NCBI GenBank assembly: GCA_964648765.1
Contig: CAZYLF010000001.1
Location: forward strand, 480,632 to 544,631
Reading direction: 5' to 3'
DNA length: 64,000 nucleotides
From: an uncultured Candidatus Saccharibacteria bacterium
GTDB lineage: Bacteria; Patescibacteriota; Minisyncoccia; Phycocordibacterales; JACOZG01
Position numbers and translations under genes: made by a program. The notes under the pieces were generated by a model. The model was given only the letters and a program-made list of their open reading frames with translations. It was not told where the DNA came from and did no database searches. Shown here piece after piece: positions 19,195-28,689 of the stretch (within the stretch, counting starts at the first letter, position 1; each line of letters opens with the position of its first letter).

Positions 19195-19266
19195 TGACCC
19201 TACGCGGAATCGAACCGCGCTTTGAGCCTTGAGAAGGCTCCGTCCTAGCCGATAGACGATAGGGCC
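19195..19266 (-). tRNA. tRNA-Glu (anticodon CTC); CCA not encoded
   Basis: Reverse complement GGCCCTATCGTCTATCGGCTAGGACGGAGCC-TTCTCAA-GGCTCAAAGCGCGGTTCGATTCCGCGTAGGGTCA forms a cloverleaf. Confidence 0.95.
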
Positions 19267-19360
19267 GTTTATTGACAGTTACAATAACATTTTTTAACTT
19301 TTCTGCAATTGGTGGCTTAGCTCTTTATTTTATTGCTTAGAGAACTTACAATTAATAATT

Positions 19361-20020
19361 ATGATCGAACACAAGAATATTAATGGTCTAGACTATTGGC
19401 AAAAAGGGGAGAAGCCGACAGTGCTAATTTTGAGTGGGATGCATGGCGATGAGTTTGGGGTTATTGAAGTGGTAAGGAATTATCTTGTTGCAAATGCGAA
19501 TATCTTACCAAACTTTCTCTATATTCCGGCTGTGAGCCCTAGTGCGGTACGTTTACGGACTAGAGTTAATGAGCGCGGCCTTGATCTCAACCGTTCATTT
19601 AAAGATTCTATTGTTGATCATGAAATTGATGCGATTAAGAAATTGCTTATGCCACATCGTTTTCAACTTTGTTTAGACTTTCATGAAGACCTTGAGCAAG
19701 TTAATGAATTTTATATGTACGATAGTGCTAAATTACCCGCTGATAATTTAGAAAAGTTGAGAGATAATTTACTTATAACTGGCGTAGAGTTATATTCCGG
19801 ACCAGATGACCCTCATGATTCAACTTTGAGTAATCACATTGAGCGAGGATATTTATCTTTACCTTTCTCTGAACATAAAGGTGAAAGTGGATTTTTTGGC
19901 ACATGGGCAAACCGAGCGGGGATTATTGAGAGAGAAGTAACGTTAGAAGTTCCAGGACAAGTGGCAGGGGAGTTAAAGAGCAAATTGGTAGAGGTGCTGT
20001 TTGGTTCCATAATGTTATAA
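19361..20020 (+). CDS. M14/succinylglutamate desuccinylase-aspartoacylase family Zn hydrolase
   Basis: HGDE, DLNRSF, DFHE and TLE motifs. Confidence 0.85.
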   Translation: MIEHKNINGLDYWQKGEKPTVLILSGMHGDEFGVIEVVRNYLVANANILPNFLYIPAVSPSAVRLRTRVNERGLDLNRSFKDSIVDHEIDAIKKLLMPHRFQLCLDFHEDLEQVNEFYMYDSAKLPADNLEKLRDNLLITGVELYSGPDDPHDSTLSNHIERGYLSLPFSEHKGESGFFGTWANRAGIIEREVTLEVPGQVAGELKSKLVEVLFGSIML

Positions 20021-20027
20021 TATTCAC

Positions 20028-22673
20028 ATGTCTTTGAAAGAAGCTGGGGTGCTTTGGTATCAGATGCCACTTAAGGTGGTAGAGGCCAAGCTGTTTTCAA
20101 ACTCGGTTGTTGGTCTTAATCACGCTCAAGTAGAGGCGCATCGCAGGCGTTATGGCGCCAATATTATTGAAGGTGGCAAACAACGGAGTCGGTTACTTCT
20201 ACTGTGGGATCAAATTAAAAGCCCTCTTGTTTTGGTGCTTTTTTTGGCGGGTTTAATAACTTTATTTTTAGGCGAGTACGCTAACTTTTTTGTAATATTT
20301 GCCGTGGTGGTGGCCAACACCGTGGTGGGCTTTACGCAAGAGGAGAAGTCCGCGCGAATTTTTAAAGATCTATCAGGCAATCTAAAATATTTTGTTCCAG
20401 TAATCAGGAATTCTGAAAAAAAGAATATTAATGTGGAGGAGCTAGTGCCAGGTGATCTAATCTCACTTTCTGCTGGTGAGCTGGTGCCGGCTGATGCGCG
20501 GCTGGTGGAATCTCGAAATTTGTCTGTAGATGAAGCGATTTTAACAGGGGAGTCGATGCCGGTTTCTAAAAACGCTCGGGAGATTGCTGAAGCTAATCGC
20601 ATTACTGATCAAATTAATATGGTCTGGAAGAGTACTTTAATTACTTCAGGCTCAGGTCTTGCCTTAGTAACCTCAATCGGCAGAGAAACAGAGATTGGTA
20701 AGATTGCTGAACTCACAGAAAGTTTAAATGAAACGGAAACGCCTTTTCAAAAAAGTATTAAAAAACTTTCATACTTCCTCACTTTAATTGTGACCGGCGC
20801 CACGCTCGTTATTTTTATTTTGGGTTTTGCTCGGGGAGTTCCATTTTGGGATTCATTACTCACTGCGATGGCTGTGGCAGTAGCAGCAATTCCTTCTGGC
20901 TTACCCATCGCCGTCACTGTGGTGCTCGCGTTTGGTGTGCAGTCTATTTTCCGTAAGGGTGGGCTAGTTAAAAATTTGACCGCTGTGGAGACTTTGGGAG
21001 GTGTAAGTACAATTATGACCGACAAAACAGGCACACTCACCAAGGCTGAAATGACAGTGGAGATTATTGCGCCGAGGAGTGATGTGATCTCTGACAGGCG
21101 TGATATTTTAGCTATGGCAATAGTGGCTACTGAAGGTTTTGTGGAAGCTGGTGAGAAGGTAAAAATAATTGGCCGACCAATCGAGCGGGCCATTATCAAA
21201 GCGGGTTTAGACATAGGGCTAAAGCAAACTGATTTATTGTCTGTAGAAAATCAAATTGATTTTCTCCCGTTTGATTCTCGTAGACGCTTTTCAGCTTCAC
21301 TTAATCAGAGTCTGGAAGGCAAACGTAAGCGTATATATGTCACCGGAGCCCCAGAGTTATTTTTAAATAAAGCTAAATATTATTATGTTGATGGCAAACC
21401 GAAACTGTTCAGTAAAATTCATCGTCAATTCTTTCATAACATTTTAAACACTCACGCTAAAAATATGGTGCGATTTGTGGCCACTGGTTACATTAGTGCC
21501 AATACTAAAAAAACTCTAGCGCACGATATGGAACTTGATGGTTTGGTATTTGGCGGTTTAATTGGTGTTAAAGACGAGATCCGTGCTGATGTGCGTGAGT
21601 CGATGCTTTTGGCGGAAAGTGCTGGCGCGCGCGTGGTGATGGTGACGGGTGACAATGAACTTACAGCCCTAGCCGTGGCTAAGGAGGTTGGGATTGGTGA
21701 GAATGACCTAAATGTGATATCGGGTGATGCTTTTGAAATTCCAGATAATGAACCGGTTAAACCTACAATAAACGAAACAAATGTTTTTGCCCGAATGCTC
21801 CCAGAGCAAAAGTTAAACTTACTCAAGTATTATCAGGCCGATGGTGAGATCGTGGCCATGACGGGGGACGGCGTAAATGATGCGCCGGCACTTAAGCATG
21901 CAGACATTGGCATAGCGCTTGGCTCTGGCACCGCGGTGGCTAAGGCTGCTTCAGATATGGTTCTTGTAAACAACAGTTTTAGCACGATTACTGCGGCTAT
22001 AAGAGAAGGACGAAGGATTTTAGATAATTTAAAAAAGATCGTTGCCTACTTACTCTCGACTGGTTTTAGTGAAATTGTGCTGGTGGGTGGAGCGTTACTT
22101 TTTGGCGCACCGATCCCGCTCTTTCCGATTCAAATAATTTGGAACAATATTATTGGTGAAGGTCTTATGACCTTTGCTTTTGCTTTTGAAGATGCTGAGG
22201 ATGACGTGATGAAGCGTAAACCTAAGCAAGCAGATCTTCGCCGCGTACTTACCCCTAATTTAATCTTTTTAATTATCGTTATTGCTACGATTACTGGATT
22301 AATAAGTTTGCTCACCTTCCTCTTTTTATTAAAAAATGGCATGCCGATTGAAAAATTACGGAGTATCATGTTTGTGATTCTCTCACTTGATTCACTTTAC
22401 TTCTCATTCTCACTTAAAAATCTTAAGCGTCCAATTTGGAAGATTAAACCATTCTCCAATCATTACTTAGTGGCGAGTTTTTTTGCTAGTCTGGGGATTT
22501 TATCCCTAACCTTTATTGTTCCTGGATTAAGTAAAATTCTTAGTCTTGTGCCACTTTCCTTCGCAGAAGTATTGATGATTATTGTGCTTGGCCTAATCAA
22601 TTTACTCTTAATTGAGGTAACTAAATTCATTAGTTTTTCATCTGGTTGGTTTGATGATAAGATGAGCCGATAA
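20028..22673 (+). CDS. Cation-transporting P-type ATPase (P2-like)
   Basis: TGES, DKTGTLT, TGDGVNDAPALK motifs. Confidence 0.95.
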   Translation: MSLKEAGVLWYQMPLKVVEAKLFSNSVVGLNHAQVEAHRRRYGANIIEGGKQRSRLLLLWDQIKSPLVLVLFLAGLITLFLGEYANFFVIFAVVVANTVVGFTQEEKSARIFKDLSGNLKYFVPVIRNSEKKNINVEELVPGDLISLSAGELVPADARLVESRNLSVDEAILTGESMPVSKNAREIAEANRITDQINMVWKSTLITSGSGLALVTSIGRETEIGKIAELTESLNETETPFQKSIKKLSYFLTLIVTGATLVIFILGFARGVPFWDSLLTAMAVAVAAIPSGLPIAVTVVLAFGVQSIFRKGGLVKNLTAVETLGGVSTIMTDKTGTLTKAEMTVEIIAPRSDVISDRRDILAMAIVATEGFVEAGEKVKIIGRPIERAIIKAGLDIGLKQTDLLSVENQIDFLPFDSRRRFSASLNQSLEGKRKRIYVTGAPELFLNKAKYYYVDGKPKLFSKIHRQFFHNILNTHAKNMVRFVATGYISANTKKTLAHDMELDGLVFGGLIGVKDEIRADVRESMLLAESAGARVVMVTGDNELTALAVAKEVGIGENDLNVISGDAFEIPDNEPVKPTINETNVFARMLPEQKLNLLKYYQADGEIVAMTGDGVNDAPALKHADIGIALGSGTAVAKAASDMVLVNNSFSTITAAIREGRRILDNLKKIVAYLLSTGFSEIVLVGGALLFGAPIPLFPIQIIWNNIIGEGLMTFAFAFEDAEDDVMKRKPKQADLRRVLTPNLIFLIIVIATITGLISLLTFLFLLKNGMPIEKLRSIMFVILSLDSLYFSFSLKNLKRPIWKIKPFSNHYLVASFFASLGILSLTFIVPGLSKILSLVPLSFAEVLMIIVLGLINLLLIEVTKFISFSSGWFDDKMSR

Positions 22674-23728
22674 TGAGCGAAACCACGTATTATCTCCTAA
22701 TTATTTTGGCTTTGGCGGCCCTTAGTGTGTGGTTATACTTTCGGGCTAAAAAAGTCCCCGTTGCTAGTCGAGATGACGGCGCCTTAGTGCTAATGCAAAA
22801 TCAGCTCCACGAGCTTACGCGTTTGCTAGATAGCAAACTCACCGAGTCGAGCACCAATCTCCACCGCTCAATGCAAACGCAAAGTAGTGAGACCAATCGC
22901 ATTATCCGTGACGTGACGGAACGTTTAACTCGTTTAGATGAGACCAACAAGCAAGTGGTGGGCTTTACCGAGCAATTGCAATCACTTCAAGATATTTTAA
23001 AAAATCCTAAGCAGCGCGGGATTTTGGGTGAGTACTATTTGGAGACATTACTGAAAAATGTCTTGCCACCGGGAAATTACCAAATGCAATACGCGTTTAA
23101 AAATGGTGAGATTGTGGACGCTGCCGTGTTTGTAAAGGATAAAGTAATTCCGATTGACTCTAAATTTTCACTCGAAAATTACAATCGTTTAGTTGAAGAA
23201 AAAAATCAAGCTGAAAAGGATAAATTAGAAAAGATTTTTATTGGCGATCTTAAAAACCGAATTTTGGAGACTTCAAAATATATTCGCCCGTCAGAAAACA
23301 CAATGGACTTTGCCTTTATGTTTATTCCGCATGAGGCAATTTATTATGATCTTTTAATTAACAAAATTGGCGCAGTAACTGAGGATACTGAGAATTTGAT
23401 CCAGCGCGCCGCGAGTAAATATAAAGTAATTATTGTTTCGCCAACTTCATTTTTAGCCTATTTGCAAACGGTGCTTCAGGGACTTAAGGCGATGCAAATC
23501 GAGGAGCAAGCTAAAGATATTGTGAAGAGAGTAGAGGATTTGGGTAAGCATATTGGCGCCTATGAGCAATATATGCGCTCACTTGGTAGCTCACTCGGCA
23601 CCACAGTTAATCATTACAACAAGGCGTATAAAGAGTTGAAGAAGGTGGATAAGGATGTGATGCGAACAATTGGTGGCACCTCAGCCATGGACCCTTTGGC
23701 TATTCCACCGCCCGAGCTTGATGATTGA
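22673..23728 (+). CDS. rmuC: DNA recombination protein RmuC
   Basis: N-terminal TM; KQRGILGE and IDSKFS motifs. Confidence 0.9.
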   Translation: MSETTYYLLIILALAALSVWLYFRAKKVPVASRDDGALVLMQNQLHELTRLLDSKLTESSTNLHRSMQTQSSETNRIIRDVTERLTRLDETNKQVVGFTEQLQSLQDILKNPKQRGILGEYYLETLLKNVLPPGNYQMQYAFKNGEIVDAAVFVKDKVIPIDSKFSLENYNRLVEEKNQAEKDKLEKIFIGDLKNRILETSKYIRPSENTMDFAFMFIPHEAIYYDLLINKIGAVTEDTENLIQRAASKYKVIIVSPTSFLAYLQTVLQGLKAMQIEEQAKDIVKRVEDLGKHIGAYEQYMRSLGSSLGTTVNHYNKAYKELKKVDKDVMRTIGGTSAMDPLAIPPPELDD

Positions 23729-23778
23729 GGCCAATGTTGTGTATAATCAAAGATATTATTAATCTTAATTTTTAAATA

Positions 23779-24321
23779 ATGAACGGAGAACAAAATAGTG
23801 GTAAGGAAACAGGAATCGCCATTGCCATCGTGCTTTTACTGGCTCTTTTTTTAAGTGGGTATCTATCATTCCCTGGACCAGGCACTACCGCAAGCCAAAC
23901 AGCCTCTCTTGGTGAGGTGGCAAATAGAGTGGCAGGTACTGAAGAGAATACAGCCGTCTCGGGTGAGAATAATCAACTAGTTGTCACAATTACCAATCCT
24001 GGCACTGGCGCGGAGGTAAAGGCGGGGGATTCAGTTTCAATTAATTACCGAGCTAAGTTTGTGGATGGAAGAGAGTTTGATAACAGCTTCCAGCTTAATG
24101 CTCCATTTGTTTTTACTATTGGTGCTGGCGCTGTGATTCAAGGCGTTGAGTTAGGTATTTTAGGTGTAGGTGGTGAGAATGTGGGACCTATGAGGGTGGG
24201 AGAATCACGAACCATTTTTATCAGCCCAAGTTTAGCCTATGGCGAAGCTGGCTCACCCGAGGGCGTGGTACCTCCAAATACTCCGCTCGTCTTTGAAGTT
24301 GAACTTTTGGGAATTAATTAG
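23779..24321 (+). CDS. Membrane-anchored FKBP-type peptidyl-prolyl isomerase
   Basis: FDNS..VIQG..LAYG..PPNTPLVFEVEL. Confidence 0.92.
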   Translation: MNGEQNSGKETGIAIAIVLLLALFLSGYLSFPGPGTTASQTASLGEVANRVAGTEENTAVSGENNQLVVTITNPGTGAEVKAGDSVSINYRAKFVDGREFDNSFQLNAPFVFTIGAGAVIQGVELGILGVGGENVGPMRVGESRTIFISPSLAYGEAGSPEGVVPPNTPLVFEVELLGIN

Positions 24322-24387
24322 TAATCACATACAAATACCACTCTGTCAACTAGAAAAGAGTGGTATTTTGTGTAGAATTTAGCAACT

Positions 24388-24702
24388 ATGAAATCAGCAG
24401 TAATTAAGACAGGGGGCAAGCAATATCTCGTTAAAGAGGGGGACACTTTGCGCGTGGAAAAGCTTGCTGACTTAAAGGTGGGAGATAAGGTGACTTTTGA
24501 CCAAGTTCTCATGACTTTAGATGGTGATAAGGCCACTTTAGGTAAGCCTCTAGTTGAGAAGGCTAATGTGGAAGCAGTAGTGCACGAGCAAGATCGCGCC
24601 GCTAAAGTTACAGTAATTAAATTTAAACAAAAAGTTCGTCAGCGCAATAAGCGCGGCCACCGCCAACCCTACACTGCGGTAACTATTAAGAAGATTAGTT
24701 AA
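24388..24702 (+). CDS. rplU: 50S ribosomal protein L21
   Basis: VIKTGGKQY and GHRQPYT motifs. Confidence 0.97.
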   Translation: MKSAVIKTGGKQYLVKEGDTLRVEKLADLKVGDKVTFDQVLMTLDGDKATLGKPLVEKANVEAVVHEQDRAAKVTVIKFKQKVRQRNKRGHRQPYTAVTIKKIS

Positions 24703-24722
24703 GCAGAATTAATTTAAAATCT

Positions 24723-25355
24723 CTAAAGCGCTCGGCGATTGGCCAGAGCGTTTTTTAGTGTTGAGGAATCAGAATATTCGAGCTCTGTGCCGGTGGAGAG
24801 GCCGCGGCCGAGGACAGAGATTTTTAAGTCTTTAAAGTTCGCGATTTTGTGCAATTCAGTTTCTAAATATTCTGCGGTGTGATCACCTTCCACGCTGGCG
24901 GTGAGGGCAATAATAATTTCTTTAAGTTTGCCACTCTTTTGTAAACGATTTAAAAGGGCGACAAGTTCACGCCAGTTTAACTTCTCAAGTGGTGCCTTTT
25001 CTAAAATTGGCACAAGTCCACCAAGGATAAAAAATCTGCCCGAGTAAGTGCCAGAGCGTTCCACATTCTCCAAATCTACATCCTTCTCTACAATTAAAAT
25101 CGTTTCTTGATCGCGACCAGTTTCCGCGCATAGTTGGCAAAGGTTTTTTTGGCCACTCCCATTTAATGGGAAGTAGCGTTGGCAATCCGCGCAACGCGCC
25201 ACACTTCGCTTCAGCATTTCTAAATTTCTGATCAAACCATCAATCTCACCCGCGCCCTGATGGAGTAAATAATATACAAATCTTTTAGCCTGCCTCGGAC
25301 CAATGCCAGGGAAGTGGCGGAAGTGTTCAGCAATTTTACCTAATAAATCATTCAT
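24723..25355 (-). CDS. recR: Recombination protein RecR
   Basis: PGIGPRQAKR, C4 Zn finger, TOPRIM, GTELEYSD. Confidence 0.95.
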   Translation of the reverse strand: MNDLLGKIAEHFRHFPGIGPRQAKRFVYYLLHQGAGEIDGLIRNLEMLKRSVARCADCQRYFPLNGSGQKNLCQLCAETGRDQETILIVEKDVDLENVERSGTYSGRFFILGGLVPILEKAPLEKLNWRELVALLNRLQKSGKLKEIIIALTASVEGDHTAEYLETELHKIANFKDLKISVLGRGLSTGTELEYSDSSTLKNALANRRAL

Positions 25356-25358
25356 GAT

Positions 25359-26717
25359 TTAAAAGTCACCGAACGACTGTTTCTCCAGATCACAAAATGA
25401 CACGCGCTTCTCGTCGAAGTAGAGATCAGCTTTACCAGTAGGACCGTTACGATGCTTCTCGATCATAATCTCGGCAATATTTTTGCGATCAGAATTTTCA
25501 TCATACTTATCTTCACGATGGATAAACATCACCACGTCGGCATCTTGCTCAATGGATCCAGAGTCGCGGAGGTCGGAGAGGCGAGGTTTGCCACCGCGCT
25601 GTTCCACGTTACGACTGAGCTGTGAGAGAGCGAGCACGGGCACTTCAAGTTCACGGGCAAGAGCTTTAAGTGAACGGGAAATTTCGGTGACTTGTTGCAC
25701 AAGGTTGTCGCTTTCTTTCTTCGGCACCATGAGTTGGAGGTAGTCGACGATAATTAAAGATAAACCATTTTCGGCTTTTAAACGGCGCGCCACGGAGCGC
25801 ATGCGCGTGATGTTGTTTGAAGAATCGTCATCAATATAAATTGGTGCTTTTGAGAGCACATCTAAACTATCGCGGATGCGCGAGAATTCATCATCGGCTG
25901 AGAGTTTGCCGGTGCGGAGCTTCCACGAGTCCACGCGGCTTTCGGCGGCGATCAAGCGGTCCACAAGTTGCTGCGTGCTCATTTCAAGTGAGAAGATGGC
26001 CACAGGCAAATTCTCTTTAATCGCCACGTTCCGCGCAATGTCGAGCGCAAGCGAAGTTTTACCCATTGAGGGTCGCGCAGCGAGAATAATTAAATCGGAC
26101 TTTTGTAAGCCAGCCAGTTTGCTGTCTAGATCTTTAAAACCGATCGGCACACCGCGGATTCCTTCCTTAGACTTGTGCATATTCTCGAAGCGATCCCAAG
26201 CTTCGGTAAGCGTGTCTTTAATATGAATGAATGACTTTTTCGTAAAATTGGCTAAGCCTAAAATTGCCTTCTCTGCTTTGTCAATAATTGAGTCAACATC
26301 TTCAACCTCGTTGTAACCCAAACCTAAAATATAATCGGCGGACTCGATGAGCCCTCGCAATGAAGATTTCTTTTTTATTATCTCCGCGTAATAAAGCGCG
26401 TTGGAAGTGGAGGGGACGTTGTTAACTAGTTCCGCTAAATAACTTGAGCCACCAATTGAGTCGAGAACTTTAGCAGTTTTAAGATGTGAGGTTACGGAGA
26501 CGAGATCGATAGGATTATTGCCGCTTGCGAGCTCAAGCATGACTTTAAAAATCTTACGATGCTTCTCCGCGTAAAAGTCACGGACTTCGAGAACTTCTAA
26601 AATGTCATTTATAATTTGCGGTTTAAGCATTACTGCACCAAGAATTGCCACCTCCGCCGAGAGATCTTGTGGTGGTAATTTAAGGGGTCGATTTATTTGA
26701 TTTTCACGCTCTGCCAT
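25359..26717 (-). CDS. dnaB: Replicative DNA helicase
   Basis: ARPSMGKT, DYLQL, SDLRDSGSIEQDAD; start reassigned to the ATG after TACAAT. Confidence 0.97.
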   Translation of the reverse strand: MAERENQINRPLKLPPQDLSAEVAILGAVMLKPQIINDILEVLEVRDFYAEKHRKIFKVMLELASGNNPIDLVSVTSHLKTAKVLDSIGGSSYLAELVNNVPSTSNALYYAEIIKKKSSLRGLIESADYILGLGYNEVEDVDSIIDKAEKAILGLANFTKKSFIHIKDTLTEAWDRFENMHKSKEGIRGVPIGFKDLDSKLAGLQKSDLIILAARPSMGKTSLALDIARNVAIKENLPVAIFSLEMSTQQLVDRLIAAESRVDSWKLRTGKLSADDEFSRIRDSLDVLSKAPIYIDDDSSNNITRMRSVARRLKAENGLSLIIVDYLQLMVPKKESDNLVQQVTEISRSLKALARELEVPVLALSQLSRNVEQRGGKPRLSDLRDSGSIEQDADVVMFIHREDKYDENSDRKNIAEIMIEKHRNGPTGKADLYFDEKRVSFCDLEKQSFGDF

Positions 26718-26796
26718 TGGCCTGATTGTATCACAATCGCCATCTTGCCCCGCAACCTCCAAACAGGGGATTAAAGGGGGATAATTTTAAAGATCA

Positions 26797-26894
26797 TAAC
26801 CCCCTTAATCCCCCTTACCTTAAGTGGGAAATAATATGGTACTTACGGTGTCGCATTTATCCTCCCCTTAGAGTAAGGGGAGTTAGAGGGGTTA
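26797..26894. repeat. MITE/REP-like palindromic element
   Basis: 22-bp terminal inverted repeats (18/22 match) with internal hairpins; partial extra end at 26766-26780. Confidence 0.7.
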
Positions 26895-26949
26895 GAAATT
26901 GTTACACTAATCTTGAGTTTGATCGTAAAAAAATAAATTTAAACAAAAA

Positions 26950-27010
26950 GAAAACCCGCTTGCCGATGACGACAAACGGATCTTCGTTTGTGCGCCTCGG
27001 AGGCGGGGTG
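26950..27010 (-). terminator. Long bulged terminator hairpin of cassette
   Basis: cccgc..ccga..acaaacg/cgtttgt..tcgg..gcggg with a U-run on the minus strand. Confidence 0.6.
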
Positions 27011-27021
27011 TGTGGTCAGGC

Positions 27022-27237
27022 CTAGCTGAACAAGCTTAACCAGACTAGTGTTGCTAGGCGCTCCATCACCCTTTCAATTTGTTCTGTATCTCCAGATAGT
27101 ATGATCGCAAGCATGCATAGACAGGGTATGAATGCCAGCAAAAGAACAATCTCGAACAATAAAACAACAACGCATCGTGAAAATCTAACGAAAGTCATAA
27201 ATCCCCTGTGTAAGGATTTGAAAAATCTCGTAACCAT
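27022..27237 (-). CDS. Small membrane protein (cassette)
   Basis: SD GGAAGGAGAAGAGG; promoter TTGACA-17-TAACCT overlaps the cysS stop. Confidence 0.65.
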   Translation of the reverse strand: MVTRFFKSLHRGFMTFVRFSRCVVVLLFEIVLLLAFIPCLCMLAIILSGDTEQIERVMERLATLVWLSLFS

Positions 27238-27326
27238 GATCCTCTTCTCCTTCCTGTTACTATTCTCAAATGCGAACCACTTAGTCCGCTAACTATTTCG
27301 TAGGTTATCAGTTAATTTCTATTTTG

Positions 27327-28613
27327 TCAACCTCGCGTAACCTTGGTCTCGGAGTCGGTGTCTTTGATGAGGTAGCCGAGGGATTCGATTTGGGCGCGCA
27401 GGGTGTCGGAAAGGGGCCAATTTTGGGCTTTACGGGCTTCTTCACGCTCTCTTACTAGCTTAGATACTTCAGCCGGAATTTCCTCAATTTCTGGCGTTTT
27501 TGAGAGGTTTAAACCAAAGACTTTATCGAATTCTAACCAAGTGGCTTTTTCATCGGCTGGATCAAGGTCGGTGGCTGAATCTATGATCGCTAAGGCTTTC
27601 GGCGTATTTAAATTATCTTCTAAACTTTCAATAAATTGCTGGCGCAAACTTTCATCAACTTTACCGCCGTCGGGCAAAGATGCCACGCGATTACGAATTT
27701 TATTTAAACGATTCTGCGCCGCTTGCACACTCTCATCTGTGTAATTTAAATCAGTTTGATAGTGCGCTTGAAGAACCAAATAACGGTAGGCGAGGGGATC
27801 AATATTTTTTTTCTTTAAATCGTTTAGTGTATAAAAATTATTGAGAGATTTACTCATCTTCTCATTATTAATATTTACGAAGTGTGAGTGAAGCCAATAT
27901 TTGGCGAGAGGTTTGCTGGTCGCGGCTAGAGCTTGCGCCAACTCATTTTCATGATGAGGGAAAATTAAATCAATCCCGCCGGTATGGATATCGATACTCT
28001 CACCAAGTAAATCTAAAATCATGGCCGCGCACTCGGTGTGCCAACCTGGTCGGCCTTTACTGAACGGTGCATCCCAAACTGTGTCACCATCCGTTTCTTT
28101 CCAAAATTTCCATAAAGCAAAATTTCCCTCGTCAGTTTTTTCTACTTTCCTAAATCTGCCATATTCGGAATCTTTAGCGAGTGAAAAATAAATTCCGTCT
28201 TCATCTTTTACTGCTTTACCGCTTTCAAGTAATCGTGAGATTAGGCTAATCATCTGCGCGATATAATCTGTGGCGCGCGGAGTAACGTCAGGCCTTAGCA
28301 TATTAATTTCCGACATTTCACTTAAAAATGCTTCTTCGTATTCTTTAGTAAAATCAAGTAATTTTTTGCCAGCTTTTTGACTGCCTAAAATGGTTTTATC
28401 ATCCACATCGGTAATGTTCATTACAGATTTAGTTTGGTAACCGAGATAATTTAAGGAGCGACGCAAAGTGTCGGAGAAGATAAATGATCGCCAATTGCCG
28501 ATATGTGGATAATCATAAACCGTTGGTCCGCATGTGTAGATCTTCACCACGTCAGATAGGGGAGTGAAGTCTTCAAGCTCGCGTGTCAGAGTGTTGTAAA
28601 GTTTTAACGACAT
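27327..28613 (-). CDS. cysS: Cysteine-tRNA ligase
   Basis: CGPTVYD, HIGN, GRPGWHTEC, KMSKS motifs. Confidence 0.96.
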   Translation of the reverse strand: MSLKLYNTLTRELEDFTPLSDVVKIYTCGPTVYDYPHIGNWRSFIFSDTLRRSLNYLGYQTKSVMNITDVDDKTILGSQKAGKKLLDFTKEYEEAFLSEMSEINMLRPDVTPRATDYIAQMISLISRLLESGKAVKDEDGIYFSLAKDSEYGRFRKVEKTDEGNFALWKFWKETDGDTVWDAPFSKGRPGWHTECAAMILDLLGESIDIHTGGIDLIFPHHENELAQALAATSKPLAKYWLHSHFVNINNEKMSKSLNNFYTLNDLKKKNIDPLAYRYLVLQAHYQTDLNYTDESVQAAQNRLNKIRNRVASLPDGGKVDESLRQQFIESLEDNLNTPKALAIIDSATDLDPADEKATWLEFDKVFGLNLSKTPEIEEIPAEVSKLVREREEARKAQNWPLSDTLRAQIESLGYLIKDTDSETKVTRG

Positions 28614-28689
28614 AATATTAATTATTATAACGTAATTTGCATAGACTTTCTATTTGACCAGTGAGTTGGAATTTGCGATAATTTAGATA

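Noticed and set aside
19195-19266. tRNA-Glu as the integration site for the 16.4-19.2 kb accessory array
   Set aside because: No duplicate of the tRNA 3' end found at the other side of the array.
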